From NCBI GenBank assembly GCA_947176675.1, contig CAMWRN010000001.1:1-49399 (forward strand): DNA of 49,399 bases, written 5' to 3'. The position numbers were made by a program, and so were the translations under genes. Below, piece by piece: positions 20,595-30,218 of this stretch (its first letter is position 1; every line of letters starts with the position of its first letter). Below the pieces are notes generated by a model that saw nothing but the letters and a program-made list of their open reading frames with translations, had not been told where the DNA came from and searched no databases. Source of the stretch: an uncultured Clostridia bacterium. Its GTDB lineage: Bacteria; Bacillota; Clostridia; Oscillospirales; Ruminococcaceae.

Positions 20595-21389
20595 TTATTT
20601 AGATGCTGTCAATGCCTTTTCAGCAGCCTTATGACGTTTCAGCAATTCTTCCGTAAAACTCTCATAAGCTTCCGCGCCGCGGGAGCTTTTATCATAGTAC
20701 ACAACAGGCTTTCCAAAGCTGGGGGCCTCGGAAATACGTACATTCCGCGGAATTACCGTTTTGAACATTTTCTTGGGAAAATGTTTTTTTACCTCACTTA
20801 CGACCTGACTCGTAAGATTGAGCCGTCCGTCAAACATAGTGAAAAGTATTCCCTCAATGTCTATTGTCGGATTATATCTTTGCTTTACCAATCGTATGGA
20901 CTCCACAAGCTGAGAAAGTCCCTCCATTGCGAAATATTCGCAGGTCATAGGAACAAGTACCGTATCGCAGGCGCATAGCGCATTTACAGGAATAAGCGAC
21001 AGCGACGGCGGACAATCCAACAGTATGTAATCGTAGTCCTGTCTGATTGTGAGGAGCTGCATTTTCATGCGCTTCTGCATATTATCTACCTCAATAAGCT
21101 CAATGTCGGCAGCGGCAAGAGATGAGGTTGCAGGCACAAGCCACACGTTCTCAAATTCGGTTTTTATGACCGCTTCCTGGATCCTGCGCAATCCCAGTAG
21201 CGCATCATATGTCGATATGCCCACATTTTTTTTGCGGATTCCGAATCCGCTTGTAGTATTTCCCTGAGCGTCCATGTCTACACAAAGGACTTTTTTCTTT
21301 CTCTGTCCCAGACATGCCGCAAGATTAACGACGGTTGTGGATTTTCCCACGCCGCCTTTTTGATTTGCAACAGCAATAACGATCGCCAT
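20595..21389 (-). CDS. parA: Chromosome partitioning ATPase ParA (Soj)
   Basis: MAIVIAVANQKGGVGKSTT deviant Walker A. ATG 21389 after AAAGGAAG. Confidence 0.95.
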   Translation of the reverse strand: MAIVIAVANQKGGVGKSTTVVNLAACLGQRKKKVLCVDMDAQGNTTSGFGIRKKNVGISTYDALLGLRRIQEAVIKTEFENVWLVPATSSLAAADIELIEVDNMQKRMKMQLLTIRQDYDYILLDCPPSLSLIPVNALCACDTVLVPMTCEYFAMEGLSQLVESIRLVKQRYNPTIDIEGILFTMFDGRLNLTSQVVSEVKKHFPKKMFKTVIPRNVRISEAPSFGKPVVYYDKSSRGAEAYESFTEELLKRHKAAEKALTASK

Positions 21390-21420
21390 GACAGTCTTCC
21401 TTTCAGTTTCAATAGATATA

Positions 21421-21449
21421 ATTATATCATATTTCCTGCACAATTGCAA
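21421..21449 (-). promoter_or_regulatory. Sigma-A promoter of parA-parB
   Basis: On the minus strand: TTGCAA, 17 nt, TATAAT with a TGa extended -10. Confidence 0.6.
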
Positions 21450-21475
21450 TAATATTTGTAAATAAAGATAAAAAA

Positions 21476-21491
21476 TGTTCCACGTGGAACA
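21476..21491. promoter_or_regulatory. parS site (TGTTCCACGTGGAACA, perfect palindrome)
   Basis: Upstream of the parA promoter. A degenerate copy CGCTCCACGCGGAACA follows at 21537-21552. Confidence 0.85.
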
Positions 21492-21568
21492 TTTTCAACA
21501 AGTCGCAGCAATTTGTGCAACACTGCTTGTACCGGTCGCTCCACGCGGAACAATATAAAGCTTTAAAA

Positions 21569-22282
21569 TTACAGCGGCTTTTTGGATATCTGTCCGCCGT
21601 TACGAGGATACTTTTCTGATGTTGCAGAAAGCTTTTTCACAATTATAAGAACACGCTTGTCTCCGTTTGGAAGTTCATATTCTTTAACATCGGCGATCTC
21701 TCCGCCTAAAATTTTTACTGCATTTTCACCATCGCTGTAATTTTCGTTGGGACCTTTCATTGCGGCAAAAATTCCGCCGATCTTCACAAATGGCATACAA
21801 TATTCTGCAAGCACAGGCATTGCTGCAACCGCCCTTGCCAAAGCTGCATCAAATTTTTCTCTGAAACGGTGATCATGTCCGCATTCCTCCGCTCTGGCAT
21901 GAACACACTCAGCGTCTATGTTTGCAGCATTACAAGCCTCCGAAAGAAAATTCACCCGTTTGTTGAGGCTGTCCAATAGAGTAAGTTTTATATCGGGACG
22001 ATATATCTTTAAAGGCAAACCCGGGAATCCCGCTCCCGTACCAACGTCTATGACCTTGCTTCCTTCCGAAAGCTTCAGGAATTTCAGCGGCAGGATACTG
22101 TCCAGAAAATGCTTGATTGTAATGCCGTCCGGGTCGGTTATCCCCGTTAAATTCATTTTCTCATTCCATTCCACAAGAGTACGCGCATATTCGTGAAGTC
22201 GCGCATACTGCTCCTCAGAAATATCAAATCCATCAGCGCAAAAAAGCTCCTTAAAATTTTTATATTCGGGTAAAATTGTCAT
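21569..22282 (-). CDS. rsmG: 16S rRNA (guanine527-N7)-methyltransferase RsmG (GidB)
   Basis: SAM-binding VIDVGTGAGFPGLPLKI. Lies downstream of mnmG. Confidence 0.93.
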   Translation of the reverse strand: MTILPEYKNFKELFCADGFDISEEQYARLHEYARTLVEWNEKMNLTGITDPDGITIKHFLDSILPLKFLKLSEGSKVIDVGTGAGFPGLPLKIYRPDIKLTLLDSLNKRVNFLSEACNAANIDAECVHARAEECGHDHRFREKFDAALARAVAAMPVLAEYCMPFVKIGGIFAAMKGPNENYSDGENAVKILGGEIADVKEYELPNGDKRVLIIVKKLSATSEKYPRNGGQISKKPL

Positions 22283-22299
22283 AAATAAGCCTCCTGTTG

Positions 22300-24171
22300 T
22301 TATTTGCGGGCAGAAAGCCAGATTATAAGAACGCTTACGTCCGCGGGAGAAACTCCCGATATTCTGCTTGCCTGACCTATATTTTCCGGTTGAACTCGGT
22401 TAAGTTTTTCCTGTGCTTCAAGGCTCAGTCCCTTAATCTCGTTGTAATCAAACGGCTGCGGCAGTCTCTTGTTTTCAAGTTTGCGGACGTGTTCAACCTC
22501 CGCGAGCTGACGCTCGATGTAACCTTCATACTCAATCTGCAATCCTACCTGTTCCCGCACTTCGTAAGAAAGCTCATGTCTTTCCGCATCAAATGGCTTT
22601 AAATCCTCATAGGAAATCTGTGGGCGGCGGATAAGATCACTCATTTTCACGCCAGTAGAAATTTCAGCAGTACCCTTTTCTGTCAGAAGCTTGTTCAGTT
22701 CTTTTGTTGGAGACAGAGTTTTCGACTTAACGCGTGCAATTTCCTGTTTTATCTGCAATTGTTTCACGTGGAACAATTTGTATCGTTCCTCCGAAATAAG
22801 ACCTATCTCATACCCCAGTGGAGTGAGTCTCTCGTCCGCATTGTCCTGCCTGAGCAAAAGTCTGTACTCGCTTCGGGAAGTCATCATGCGGTATGGGTCG
22901 AGACAACCCTTTATTACAAGATCGTCAATAAGCGTTCCAATATAGGACGATGAACGGCTGAGTGTTATTCCCTCTTCACCTTTGCAGTAACGTGCTGCAT
23001 TTATTCCCGCTACAAGTCCTTGGGCGGCGGCTTCTTCGTATCCCGATGTACCGTTGAACTGTCCCGCGCCGTAAAGTCCGCGGATATTTTTGAATTCCAA
23101 CGTGTGGCGCAGATCCTGCGGATTGCAGCAGTCATACTCTATCGCGTAGGCATTTCGCATGATTTCTACCCGTTCAAGACCCTTTATCGTCCGCAGAAAT
23201 GCTATCTGTACATCTTCGGGCAATGATGAAGACATTCCCTGCAAATAAAATTCTTCGGTATTCAGACCCATAGGTTCAATAAAAAGCTGATGGCGGGGAC
23301 GTTCCGAAAAACGCACGATTTTATCCTCAATAGACGGACAGTACCGTGGACCAACTCCCTCGATCCTGCCGGAATACATAGGCGAACGGTGGATATTCTC
23401 ACGGATAACACGGTGGGTATCCTCGTTTGTGTAGGCAACATAACATGGCACGATATTTTCAAGACCTTCACGTGGCGTTTCAAATGAAAACGGCTGAATA
23501 TCCCCGTCGCTATGCTGAATCTCGAGCTTGTCAAAATCAATGGAACGTCTGTGTACGCGGCTGGGCGTACCTGTTTTAAAACGACGCAGCTCAACACCAA
23601 GACTTCGCAAACTGTCTGAAAGTCCCTTTGCGGGAAGAGTACTGTCAGGACCGCTTTCGTAGGAAACGTCTCCCACATGGATAAGTCCTTTCAGATAAGT
23701 ACCTGTGGCAATTATCGCGGTCTTGACCCTGTATTCTCCGCCGAGATGAGTTACAATTCCTGTAACAATACCGTCCTCGACAAGGATTTCCGTTACCTCT
23801 GCCTGTTTCACGTCAAGATTTTCCTGCATCTCGCAGATCTTTTTCATGTGATTGTGGTATTTAACTCTGTCCGCCTGAACCCGCAGACTGTGCACCGCAG
23901 GACCCTTTCCCCTGTTGAGCATACGGCTTTGGATAAAACAAGCGTCGGCGGCTTTTCCCATTTCGCCGCCGAGAGCGTCTATCTCGCGGACAAGATGTCC
24001 CTTAGCCGTTCCGCCGATAGAGGGATTGCATGGCATATTTGCAATGTTGTCCAGCGAAATGGTGAACATGACGGTTTTAGCTCCGAGCCGAGCCGCTGCA
24101 AGAGCTGCTTCGACACCCGCGTGTCCCGCACCGATCACAGCCACATCGTAGCTGTCTATATAATGACTCAT
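22300..24171 (-). CDS. mnmG: tRNA uridine 5-carboxymethylaminomethyl modification enzyme MnmG (GidA)
   Basis: ATG 24171 (MSHYIDSYDVAVIGAGHAGVEAA) after GGAGAGG. The ORF-track start at 24264 is an upstream extension. Confidence 0.96.
   Translation of the reverse strand: MSHYIDSYDVAVIGAGHAGVEAALAAARLGAKTVMFTISLDNIANMPCNPSIGGTAKGHLVREIDALGGEMGKAADACFIQSRMLNRGKGPAVHSLRVQADRVKYHNHMKKICEMQENLDVKQAEVTEILVEDGIVTGIVTHLGGEYRVKTAIIATGTYLKGLIHVGDVSYESGPDSTLPAKGLSDSLRSLGVELRRFKTGTPSRVHRRSIDFDKLEIQHSDGDIQPFSFETPREGLENIVPCYVAYTNEDTHRVIRENIHRSPMYSGRIEGVGPRYCPSIEDKIVRFSERPRHQLFIEPMGLNTEEFYLQGMSSSLPEDVQIAFLRTIKGLERVEIMRNAYAIEYDCCNPQDLRHTLEFKNIRGLYGAGQFNGTSGYEEAAAQGLVAGINAARYCKGEEGITLSRSSSYIGTLIDDLVIKGCLDPYRMMTSRSEYRLLLRQDNADERLTPLGYEIGLISEERYKLFHVKQLQIKQEIARVKSKTLSPTKELNKLLTEKGTAEISTGVKMSDLIRRPQISYEDLKPFDAERHELSYEVREQVGLQIEYEGYIERQLAEVEHVRKLENKRLPQPFDYNEIKGLSLEAQEKLNRVQPENIGQASRISGVSPADVSVLIIWLSARK
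22760..22775. promoter_or_regulatory. parS site inside the mnmG coding sequence (TGTTTCACGTGGAACA)
   Basis: 16/16 match to TGTTNCACGTGAAACA read on the opposite strand. Confidence 0.8.
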
Positions 24172-24264
24172 TTTTATCCTCTCCAATTTATGAATATCAT
24201 GTAATAGCATTGATGCTGCCGCAACATTTTGCAAAACAAAACTTGTATTCGCATTTTGCGGCAA

Positions 24265-24280
24265 AGTTCCACATGGAACA
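24265..24280. promoter_or_regulatory. parS-like site (AGTTCCACATGGAACA, 2 mismatches)
   Basis: Lies between the GNAT stop and the mnmG upstream region. Confidence 0.45.
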
Positions 24281-24283
24281 TTT

Positions 24284-24826
24284 TTAATCCGTAAAATCCA
24301 TAGATACCAGTTTGCTTGCCGCGCCCAGATATTTTTTCATCATGCTCTTATATTCCTCCGGATTCACATCGCCGGTACCCATTACATCGTAAGTTACCGT
24401 TGCTTCGCGGATAGTGAGCGGCAGCGGTTTCAAGCCGTTTTTCAGGTAGAATTGTCTGCGCCTTTGACGCTCCCCGTAATTGTCAGCAGAATCGTCAAGC
24501 TGCTCCAGTGCAAGAAAAAGCCGCTGTCCCGCGTAATGCTTTTTCAGCGACTGCATTGCCTTGCTCCCCAGACCTTTTCCGCGTGAGTTTTCAGAAAGCG
24601 CCAGATAAAACAGATAGGACGCTCCGCCTTCGCTTATAACATAAGCAAGACCAACCCATTTTCCATTTGAATACAAACCCCAGAAATCCACATTTTCTCT
24701 TTCCGACTTCAGTGCCATAAACCACATGGGCGCGCGCTCGTCGGCAGGAAAAGCCGTCCTGTACAAACGACTTATCTTCCTATAGTCAGGACTGAAAAAG
24801 TTTATCTTTTTAAGTGTGATTATCAT
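24284..24826 (-). CDS. GNAT family N-acetyltransferase (intact copy)
   Basis: 180 aa with acetyl-CoA motif ...ALSENSRGKGLGSKAM... Confidence 0.8.
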   Translation of the reverse strand: MIITLKKINFFSPDYRKISRLYRTAFPADERAPMWFMALKSERENVDFWGLYSNGKWVGLAYVISEGGASYLFYLALSENSRGKGLGSKAMQSLKKHYAGQRLFLALEQLDDSADNYGERQRRRQFYLKNGLKPLPLTIREATVTYDVMGTGDVNPEEYKSMMKKYLGAASKLVSMDFTD

Positions 24827-25047
24827 TTTAATATTCCTTTCAAATTTTGACGCTTTTTACTTTCCAACGCAGAACCGCGAAAACACTTCGTCTACCACAG
24901 CTTCGGAAGCCTTTTCTCCCGTAAGCTCAAGTAAAGAATTTTCTCCGTCGTCTATCAGGATCGTTACCGCGTCAAAGGTTGCTCCGGATCTGAGCGCGCT
25001 TAAAGCCTCTTCAAAGCACTGCTTTGCTTTTGCAGCACAGCTTTTCT
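24384..25047. repeat. Tandem duplication unit 1 (664 bp)
   Basis: Base-for-base identical to 25048-25711 by eye. Contains the GNAT 5' 443 bp, the spacer and the last 191 bp of mnmE. Confidence 0.9.
24857..25047 (-). pseudogene. Duplicated 3' fragment of mnmE (last ~63 codons, no start)
   Basis: Identical to 25521-25711, the real mnmE 3' end. Confidence 0.85.
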
Positions 25048-25490
25048 ACATCGTAAGTTACCGTTGCTTCGCGGATAGTGAGCGGCAGCGGTTTCAAGCC
25101 GTTTTTCAGGTAGAATTGTCTGCGCCTTTGACGCTCCCCGTAATTGTCAGCAGAATCGTCAAGCTGCTCCAGTGCAAGAAAAAGCCGCTGTCCCGCGTAA
25201 TGCTTTTTCAGCGACTGCATTGCCTTGCTCCCCAGACCTTTTCCGCGTGAGTTTTCAGAAAGCGCCAGATAAAACAGATAGGACGCTCCGCCTTCGCTTA
25301 TAACATAAGCAAGACCAACCCATTTTCCATTTGAATACAAACCCCAGAAATCCACATTTTCTCTTTCCGACTTCAGTGCCATAAACCACATGGGCGCGCG
25401 CTCGTCGGCAGGAAAAGCCGTCCTGTACAAACGACTTATCTTCCTATAGTCAGGACTGAAAAAGTTTATCTTTTTAAGTGTGATTATCAT
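25011..25490 (-). pseudogene. Truncated/chimeric GNAT copy (159 aa)
   Basis: Identical to the intact GNAT up to ...VTYDV. It then reads out of frame into the mnmE fragment (EKLCCKSKAVL*), losing the last 33 residues of the intact 180-aa copy. Confidence 0.8.
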
Positions 25491-25711
25491 TTTAATATTC
25501 CTTTCAAATTTTGACGCTTTTTACTTTCCAACGCAGAACCGCGAAAACACTTCGTCTACCACAGCTTCGGAAGCCTTTTCTCCCGTAAGCTCAAGTAAAG
25601 AATTTTCTCCGTCGTCTATCAGGATCGTTACCGCGTCAAAGGTTGCTCCGGATCTGAGCGCGCTTAAAGCCTCTTCAAAGCACTGCTTTGCTTTTGCAGC
25701 ACAGCTTTTCT
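25048..25711. repeat. Tandem duplication unit 2 (664 bp)
   Basis: Identical to 24384-25047. The junction at 25047/25048 has 1 bp of microhomology at most. Confidence 0.9.
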
Positions 25712-26885
25712 GACGTTCATTTGCAAGTATTCCCATGTCGGGAGAAAATCCTGACATTCCGTAAAGCCTTTCCACCGCAGCTGTAAGACGTTCGAGTCCC
25801 TCACCCTTTTCTGCGGAAACAGTTACGCTGTCCCTGAAGTTTTCGGAAATTTCCGAAAAGTTGAACCGCTGTTCCAAATCGGATTTGTTCAGCACTGCAA
25901 TCGCGTTTCTGCTGCGGCACTTTTCTGCAAGTTCTCTGTCCTCATCGGTTATTTCACTTCCGGCATCGAAGACCGCTAATATCAGATTGGCAGTGTCGAG
26001 CTTTTTCCGCGCCCTGTCCACACCGATGCTTTCCACTCTGTCGGCTGTGTCGTGAATTCCGGCAGTGTCGGAAAGCCGCAGAACAATGTTCCTCAGCCGA
26101 ACCGATTCCTCCACAACGTCCCGTGTTGTACCCGCTGTATCGGAAACAATACTTCTCTCACAGCCTGCCAAAAGATTCATCAGTGTGCTTTTTCCTACGT
26201 TGGGTCTGCCGACGATTGCGGTATCCGCGCCCTCTCTGACGATACGACCGCTTTCATAGGAGCTGAGCAGTTTGTCCAGATCGGAAATTCCCGCTTCAAG
26301 CACAGCTTCAATTTCATATTCTTCCACCGCGGGAATGTCGTCATCGGGATAATCCACCCAAGCCGCAAGAGACCCAAGCAGTTTAAGCATACCGTCGGAA
26401 ACCTTTTTTATTCGGCGGAACAGCGATCCCTCACGGAGAGATTCTGCGCACCGCAAACCCGCACTTCCGTCGGCGGAAATAATGTCCATGACTGCTTCTG
26501 CCTGAGTGAGGCTCATTTTTCCGTTGAGAAATGCACGCTTTGTAAATTCTCCTGCACCGGCAGCTTCAACGCCGTTTGCGAGAATAAGCCGCAAGATCTG
26601 CTCCGTGACAAAAATCCCTCCGTGGCAGGAAATCTCAACAACGTCCTCTCCGGTGTAGGATCTGGGCGCGCGGAAAACCGTCACCAAACCGTCGTCAAGA
26701 ACCTCGCTGCCGTTTACGATCTTTCCGTAAGCGCAGCTATAGCCTTCCATTTCTGAGGGAAGAATTTTGCAGGAAACGGGTTGAAAAATCTTATCCGCAG
26801 CAGAAAGAGCGTCCTCTCCCGAAATGCGTATAACAGAAATCCCCCCCTGTGCGCGGGGAGTTGAAATTGCCGCAGCAGTTGACAT
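25521..26885 (-). CDS. mnmE: tRNA modification GTPase MnmE (TrmE)
   Basis: ATG 26885 after GGAGGT. G-domain GRPNVGKST, DTAG, C-terminal ...FCVGK. Confidence 0.96.
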   Translation of the reverse strand: MSTAAAISTPRAQGGISVIRISGEDALSAADKIFQPVSCKILPSEMEGYSCAYGKIVNGSEVLDDGLVTVFRAPRSYTGEDVVEISCHGGIFVTEQILRLILANGVEAAGAGEFTKRAFLNGKMSLTQAEAVMDIISADGSAGLRCAESLREGSLFRRIKKVSDGMLKLLGSLAAWVDYPDDDIPAVEEYEIEAVLEAGISDLDKLLSSYESGRIVREGADTAIVGRPNVGKSTLMNLLAGCERSIVSDTAGTTRDVVEESVRLRNIVLRLSDTAGIHDTADRVESIGVDRARKKLDTANLILAVFDAGSEITDEDRELAEKCRSRNAIAVLNKSDLEQRFNFSEISENFRDSVTVSAEKGEGLERLTAAVERLYGMSGFSPDMGILANERQKSCAAKAKQCFEEALSALRSGATFDAVTILIDDGENSLLELTGEKASEAVVDEVFSRFCVGK

Positions 26886-26902
26886 AATTACCTCCAAAAA
26901 CT

Positions 26903-26938
26903 AAAAAACGGGAACACGGGAATTCTCCCATGCTCCCG
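26903..26938 (-). terminator. Terminator/attenuator between jag and mnmE
   Basis: 13-bp stem (CGGGAGCATGGGA / TCCCGTGTTCCCG with G.U pairs) followed by TTTTTTAGTTTTT on the minus strand. Confidence 0.6.
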
Positions 26939-27003
26939 CATGAACATCTGAAATTACTGTTTTTCCTTTTAAGACAAAGGAACTTATATAACGACATAAA
27001 CCG

Positions 27004-27819
27004 TTATATATCTATCTTGCCGTAAAGATCACCTTCAACCAAATTGCTGTCCTCAGGCTTGGGACGCTTATAGTCCTTTTCAAAGGAGGTCTTCATCATA
27101 TCCATTGAACGGGGCGTATACTCACCGGGCTTCTTGTCGCGGCGTGGTCTGCGGTCACGGTCTCCCTTGTAGCCGCCCTCTTTCCTGTCGCGCCGGGGAG
27201 CTGTGGAAGAAATGACCACCTTGCGGTAAGGCTCTTCGCCAACACTTTTGGAAACAACGCCTTCAATATTTGCAACAGCCGAGTGGATAATTCTTCTCTC
27301 ATAAGGATTCATAGGCTCCAATGCGGAAGTCCTGCCTGTGCGGAGAACTGTTTTGGAAATCTTGACAGCCAGTTCCTCGAGGATAACTTTTCTTTTTTCG
27401 CGGTAACCGCAGCAGTCCACCGTGATACGGCAGTAATCCTTGTCGCCACGGTTTGCAGCCATTGAAGCAAGGTACTGGATAGCGTCAAGGGTCTCTCCCC
27501 GTCTGCCGATGACCGCGCCTGTTGTGTCACCGACAATCTCGATGACTGCGCCGTCCTCGGTCTCGGAAACGCTTACATCGCTTTCGATGCTCATATTTTT
27601 CAGTATAGTTTTGATATAGTCTCCCGCAGCTTCAGCCTTGGACTGTTCGTAAACCGCTTCGATCTTTGCTTCGCCCTTTACCTTTCCGAAAAGCCCCTTT
27701 TTAGGTTCTTCAATAACGCTGAAACTGATCTTGCTTTCCTCTGTGCCGAATTTCTGCGCCGCCATAGCCTTAGCTTCCTCTATGGTTTTTGCTGTAAAAA
27801 TTTCTTTTTTTTCTGCCAT
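27004..27819 (-). CDS. jag: RNA-binding protein Jag/KhpB (KH + R3H)
   Basis: Jag_N, KH and R3H (...ERRIIHSAV...) sequences. Lies downstream of yidC. Confidence 0.9.
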   Translation of the reverse strand: MAEKKEIFTAKTIEEAKAMAAQKFGTEESKISFSVIEEPKKGLFGKVKGEAKIEAVYEQSKAEAAGDYIKTILKNMSIESDVSVSETEDGAVIEIVGDTTGAVIGRRGETLDAIQYLASMAANRGDKDYCRITVDCCGYREKRKVILEELAVKISKTVLRTGRTSALEPMNPYERRIIHSAVANIEGVVSKSVGEEPYRKVVISSTAPRRDRKEGGYKGDRDRRPRRDKKPGEYTPRSMDMMKTSFEKDYKRPKPEDSNLVEGDLYGKIDI

Positions 27820-27922
27820 ACCGACCTATCCTTTCAAAATGATTTAACTCTTAATTCCGCCTAATGCGGAATTTTTCAGCATTAATAATAGTATCAGCAA
27901 ACTTTTGTGCGAGTTAAAATCG

Positions 27923-29092
27923 TCAGTCCTCATCTTCATCGACAAATTCCTCGCCGTATTTTTCCGCCTGTCTGCGTCTTGCTTCGCGGATTATCATTTT
28001 CTCGTATTCCTTCTGTTTTGCTCTGGATATCTTTATTTCGGGAGAACCGCCCTCGTCATCATCGGCAACCTTAGCCGTTACCGCGCCGCTTTTAGGCTTT
28101 GAAGCCGATCCGCCGTTCTGAGAAGATGTCTGCTCATCCATGATCTGCTGGTAACGCTCCATCATGTTGGGACGATTTTTCTTCTTGCGTTTCTGCCTGT
28201 CCTTTTCAACAAGCGAAGCTACGTATTCGGGAGTATAAATATGGTACAGAACTATCGACTGTACAAAGCTGAACAGCGAGGACATAGTCCAGTAGAAGCC
28301 GATACCGGCGGGATACCTGAATGCAATCCAAATGGAAAACAAAGGCATAACGTAAAGCATGACGTTCATACCGCCCATATTGGGTGCGTCGGGATTCATT
28401 TTTTTGTTGCGTATCTGCATATAGATTGTCATGGCAAGCTGTATAACGCCGGACATGATCGGTATCATAAGCAGTATTATCGCCGCCGCGTTCCATGCTT
28501 CGGGGTGAAGCGTTGGGATATCGCCCAGGTCAACTAAGCCGAAAAGCTTGTTGTTAAAGCCGACCACCTTTTCCACAAAGTCGGGAAACTGTTCCGCCAT
28601 AGAGGAAAAAGCTGCGGGATCCTTCTGAACTTCCTTAACAATATAGATTTCGGGACGGTGCTGAAAGTAAACGGGAGCGGAATCCCCGAAAATATTTTTG
28701 GTGATCTCCGTAGCCGCTTTGATAGCGTCTTCACCCGCATGGAGAATGTGGGTCAGCGGACGGTACACAACGTCGAAGATACCGTACAGTATGGGAAACT
28801 GGATAAACAGCGGCAGACAGGAAGCCATAGGGTTTATGCCCTCCTCGGAGTAGAGCTTCATCTGCTCCTCCTGAAGCTTCTGCTGGTTGTTTGCGTATTG
28901 TTTTTTCAGCTTTTCCAGCTTAGGCTGAAACGCTGCCATTGCGGCTGAGGATTTCTGCTGCTTGACCGATAATGGAAAAAGAATAATTTTCGTGACCAGT
29001 GTAAAAAGGATGATTGACCATGCGTAATTATGTGTGATCTGATACATCAGCCACATAATGTACCCAAGAGGGATGCCGATAATTTCGCTCAT
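27923..29092 (-). CDS. yidC: Membrane protein insertase YidC/SpoIIIJ
   Basis: ATG 29092 after GGAGGT. Multi-TM 60-kDa insertase core and a basic/acidic C-terminal tail. Confidence 0.93.
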   Translation of the reverse strand: MSEIIGIPLGYIMWLMYQITHNYAWSIILFTLVTKIILFPLSVKQQKSSAAMAAFQPKLEKLKKQYANNQQKLQEEQMKLYSEEGINPMASCLPLFIQFPILYGIFDVVYRPLTHILHAGEDAIKAATEITKNIFGDSAPVYFQHRPEIYIVKEVQKDPAAFSSMAEQFPDFVEKVVGFNNKLFGLVDLGDIPTLHPEAWNAAAIILLMIPIMSGVIQLAMTIYMQIRNKKMNPDAPNMGGMNVMLYVMPLFSIWIAFRYPAGIGFYWTMSSLFSFVQSIVLYHIYTPEYVASLVEKDRQKRKKKNRPNMMERYQQIMDEQTSSQNGGSASKPKSGAVTAKVADDDEGGSPEIKISRAKQKEYEKMIIREARRRQAEKYGEEFVDEDED

Positions 29093-29197
29093 TTTAACCT
29101 CCGATGATATTACATACCGTATAGAATTCACAAGAAATTACTTTCGGTGTGATGCACTAAATACTTTCAGCATATTTTCTCTGCCTGAGATTTGCGT

Positions 29198-29482
29198 TCA
29201 GCCGTCGCTTTTATCCGGCGGAACAGTCCTGCCCTTGCCATAGCGTTTGTTCAGCGTGTAAAAGCCGAACCTTTCGGGGACTTCGTCCACGCCGCCCAGA
29301 CTCCATGGGTTGCAGCGAAGAATCCTCCATACCGCCAAAGCTGAACCTTTTAGCGCACCATGCTTTTCAATAGCCGTGAGCGCGTATGCCGAACATGTGG
29401 GATAATATTTGCAGCACGGCTTTTTCAGCGGAGAGATCTTGCTCCTATAAAATTTTACTAAAAGTAATAATATTTTTTTCAT
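29198..29482 (-). CDS. yidD: Membrane protein insertion efficiency factor YidD
   Basis: [34 protein letters not shown]... conserved YidD motif. Confidence 0.9.
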   Translation of the reverse strand: MKKILLLLVKFYRSKISPLKKPCCKYYPTCSAYALTAIEKHGALKGSALAVWRILRCNPWSLGGVDEVPERFGFYTLNKRYGKGRTVPPDKSDG

Positions 29483-29495
29483 TACGATTTGTATA

Positions 29496-29897
29496 TTATT
29501 TTTTGTTTTTTTCAACAGAAATATCAAGCTTAGTGCCTTTGTTGCCGTTTTCTTTTTTCTCCATAGATTTCAGCACAGAGGGCAAAGCCTTGTTTTTCAG
29601 AAAGCTGCTTATCTGTGTGGACTTGCATCCGCCGCAGCCGGGACGTGCAACTATCACATAATCGAAGCCTTTTGGGAAAAGATTTTCATTTTCCCTGTAG
29701 GCAGCGCGGATTATTCTTCGGCAGCGGCTTCTGACAACAGCATTGCCGACCTTTTTGCCCGTGGTTATCCCCAGACGTTTTTTTCCCCTGCCGTTTTTCC
29801 GGTAATAGACCGTAACGATCTTTCCTGCGGCATATCCTCCGCGCTTGTAGGCGTTAAGGAAATCCTTGTTTTCCTTTAAAATAACAGTATATTTCAT
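29496..29897 (-). CDS. rnpA: Ribonuclease P protein component
   Basis: Basic protein with ...[14 protein letters not shown]... RNR-like motif. Lies downstream of rpmH. Confidence 0.9.
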   Translation of the reverse strand: MKYTVILKENKDFLNAYKRGGYAAGKIVTVYYRKNGRGKKRLGITTGKKVGNAVVRSRCRRIIRAAYRENENLFPKGFDYVIVARPGCGGCKSTQISSFLKNKALPSVLKSMEKKENGNKGTKLDISVEKNKK

Positions 29898-29936
29898 ATA
29901 AGATAATACCCAAAGTATATTTTGTTAACGACAACG

Positions 29937-29984
29937 AAATAAAAAGACCGCAATTCAAAGGCAATATACCCCATTCTGCGGTCT
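29937..29984 (-). terminator. Stem-loop with T-run between rpmH and rnpA (partial terminator)
   Basis: AGACCGCA / TGCGGTCT arms with a large loop, followed by TTTTTATTT on the minus strand. Confidence 0.35.
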
Positions 29985-30010
29985 TATCATTTTGTTTTGC
30001 ACAGACCTAA

Positions 30011-30145
30011 TCAGTGAGTAAGTCTTGCTCTGCCCTTAGCTCTTCTTCTGGCGAGAACCTTGCGACCGTTTCTTGTAGCCATTCTTTTCATAAAGCCGTG
30101 TTCTTTCTTTCTGTGAAGCTTTTTGGGCTGATAAGTTCTTTTCAT
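30011..30145 (-). CDS. rpmH: 50S ribosomal protein L34
   Basis: Hand translation gives [44 protein letters not shown] after GGAGGAG. The ORF-track entry 30036-30248 is a different frame. Confidence 0.95.
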   Translation of the reverse strand: MKRTYQPKKLHRKKEHGFMKRMATRNGRKVLARRRAKGRARLTH

Positions 30146-30218
30146 TGTTTCTCCTCCTTGCTGTGATCGGTTTTAAGGCAATCGGGACACATAGGTACAG
30201 CTGTCCCATCAATATTAA

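Noticed and set aside
19500-20978. + strand ORFs of 165, 113, 109, 75 and 167 aa
   Set aside because: They are antisense to parB and parA, which are well supported, with low-complexity F/L/S-rich products.
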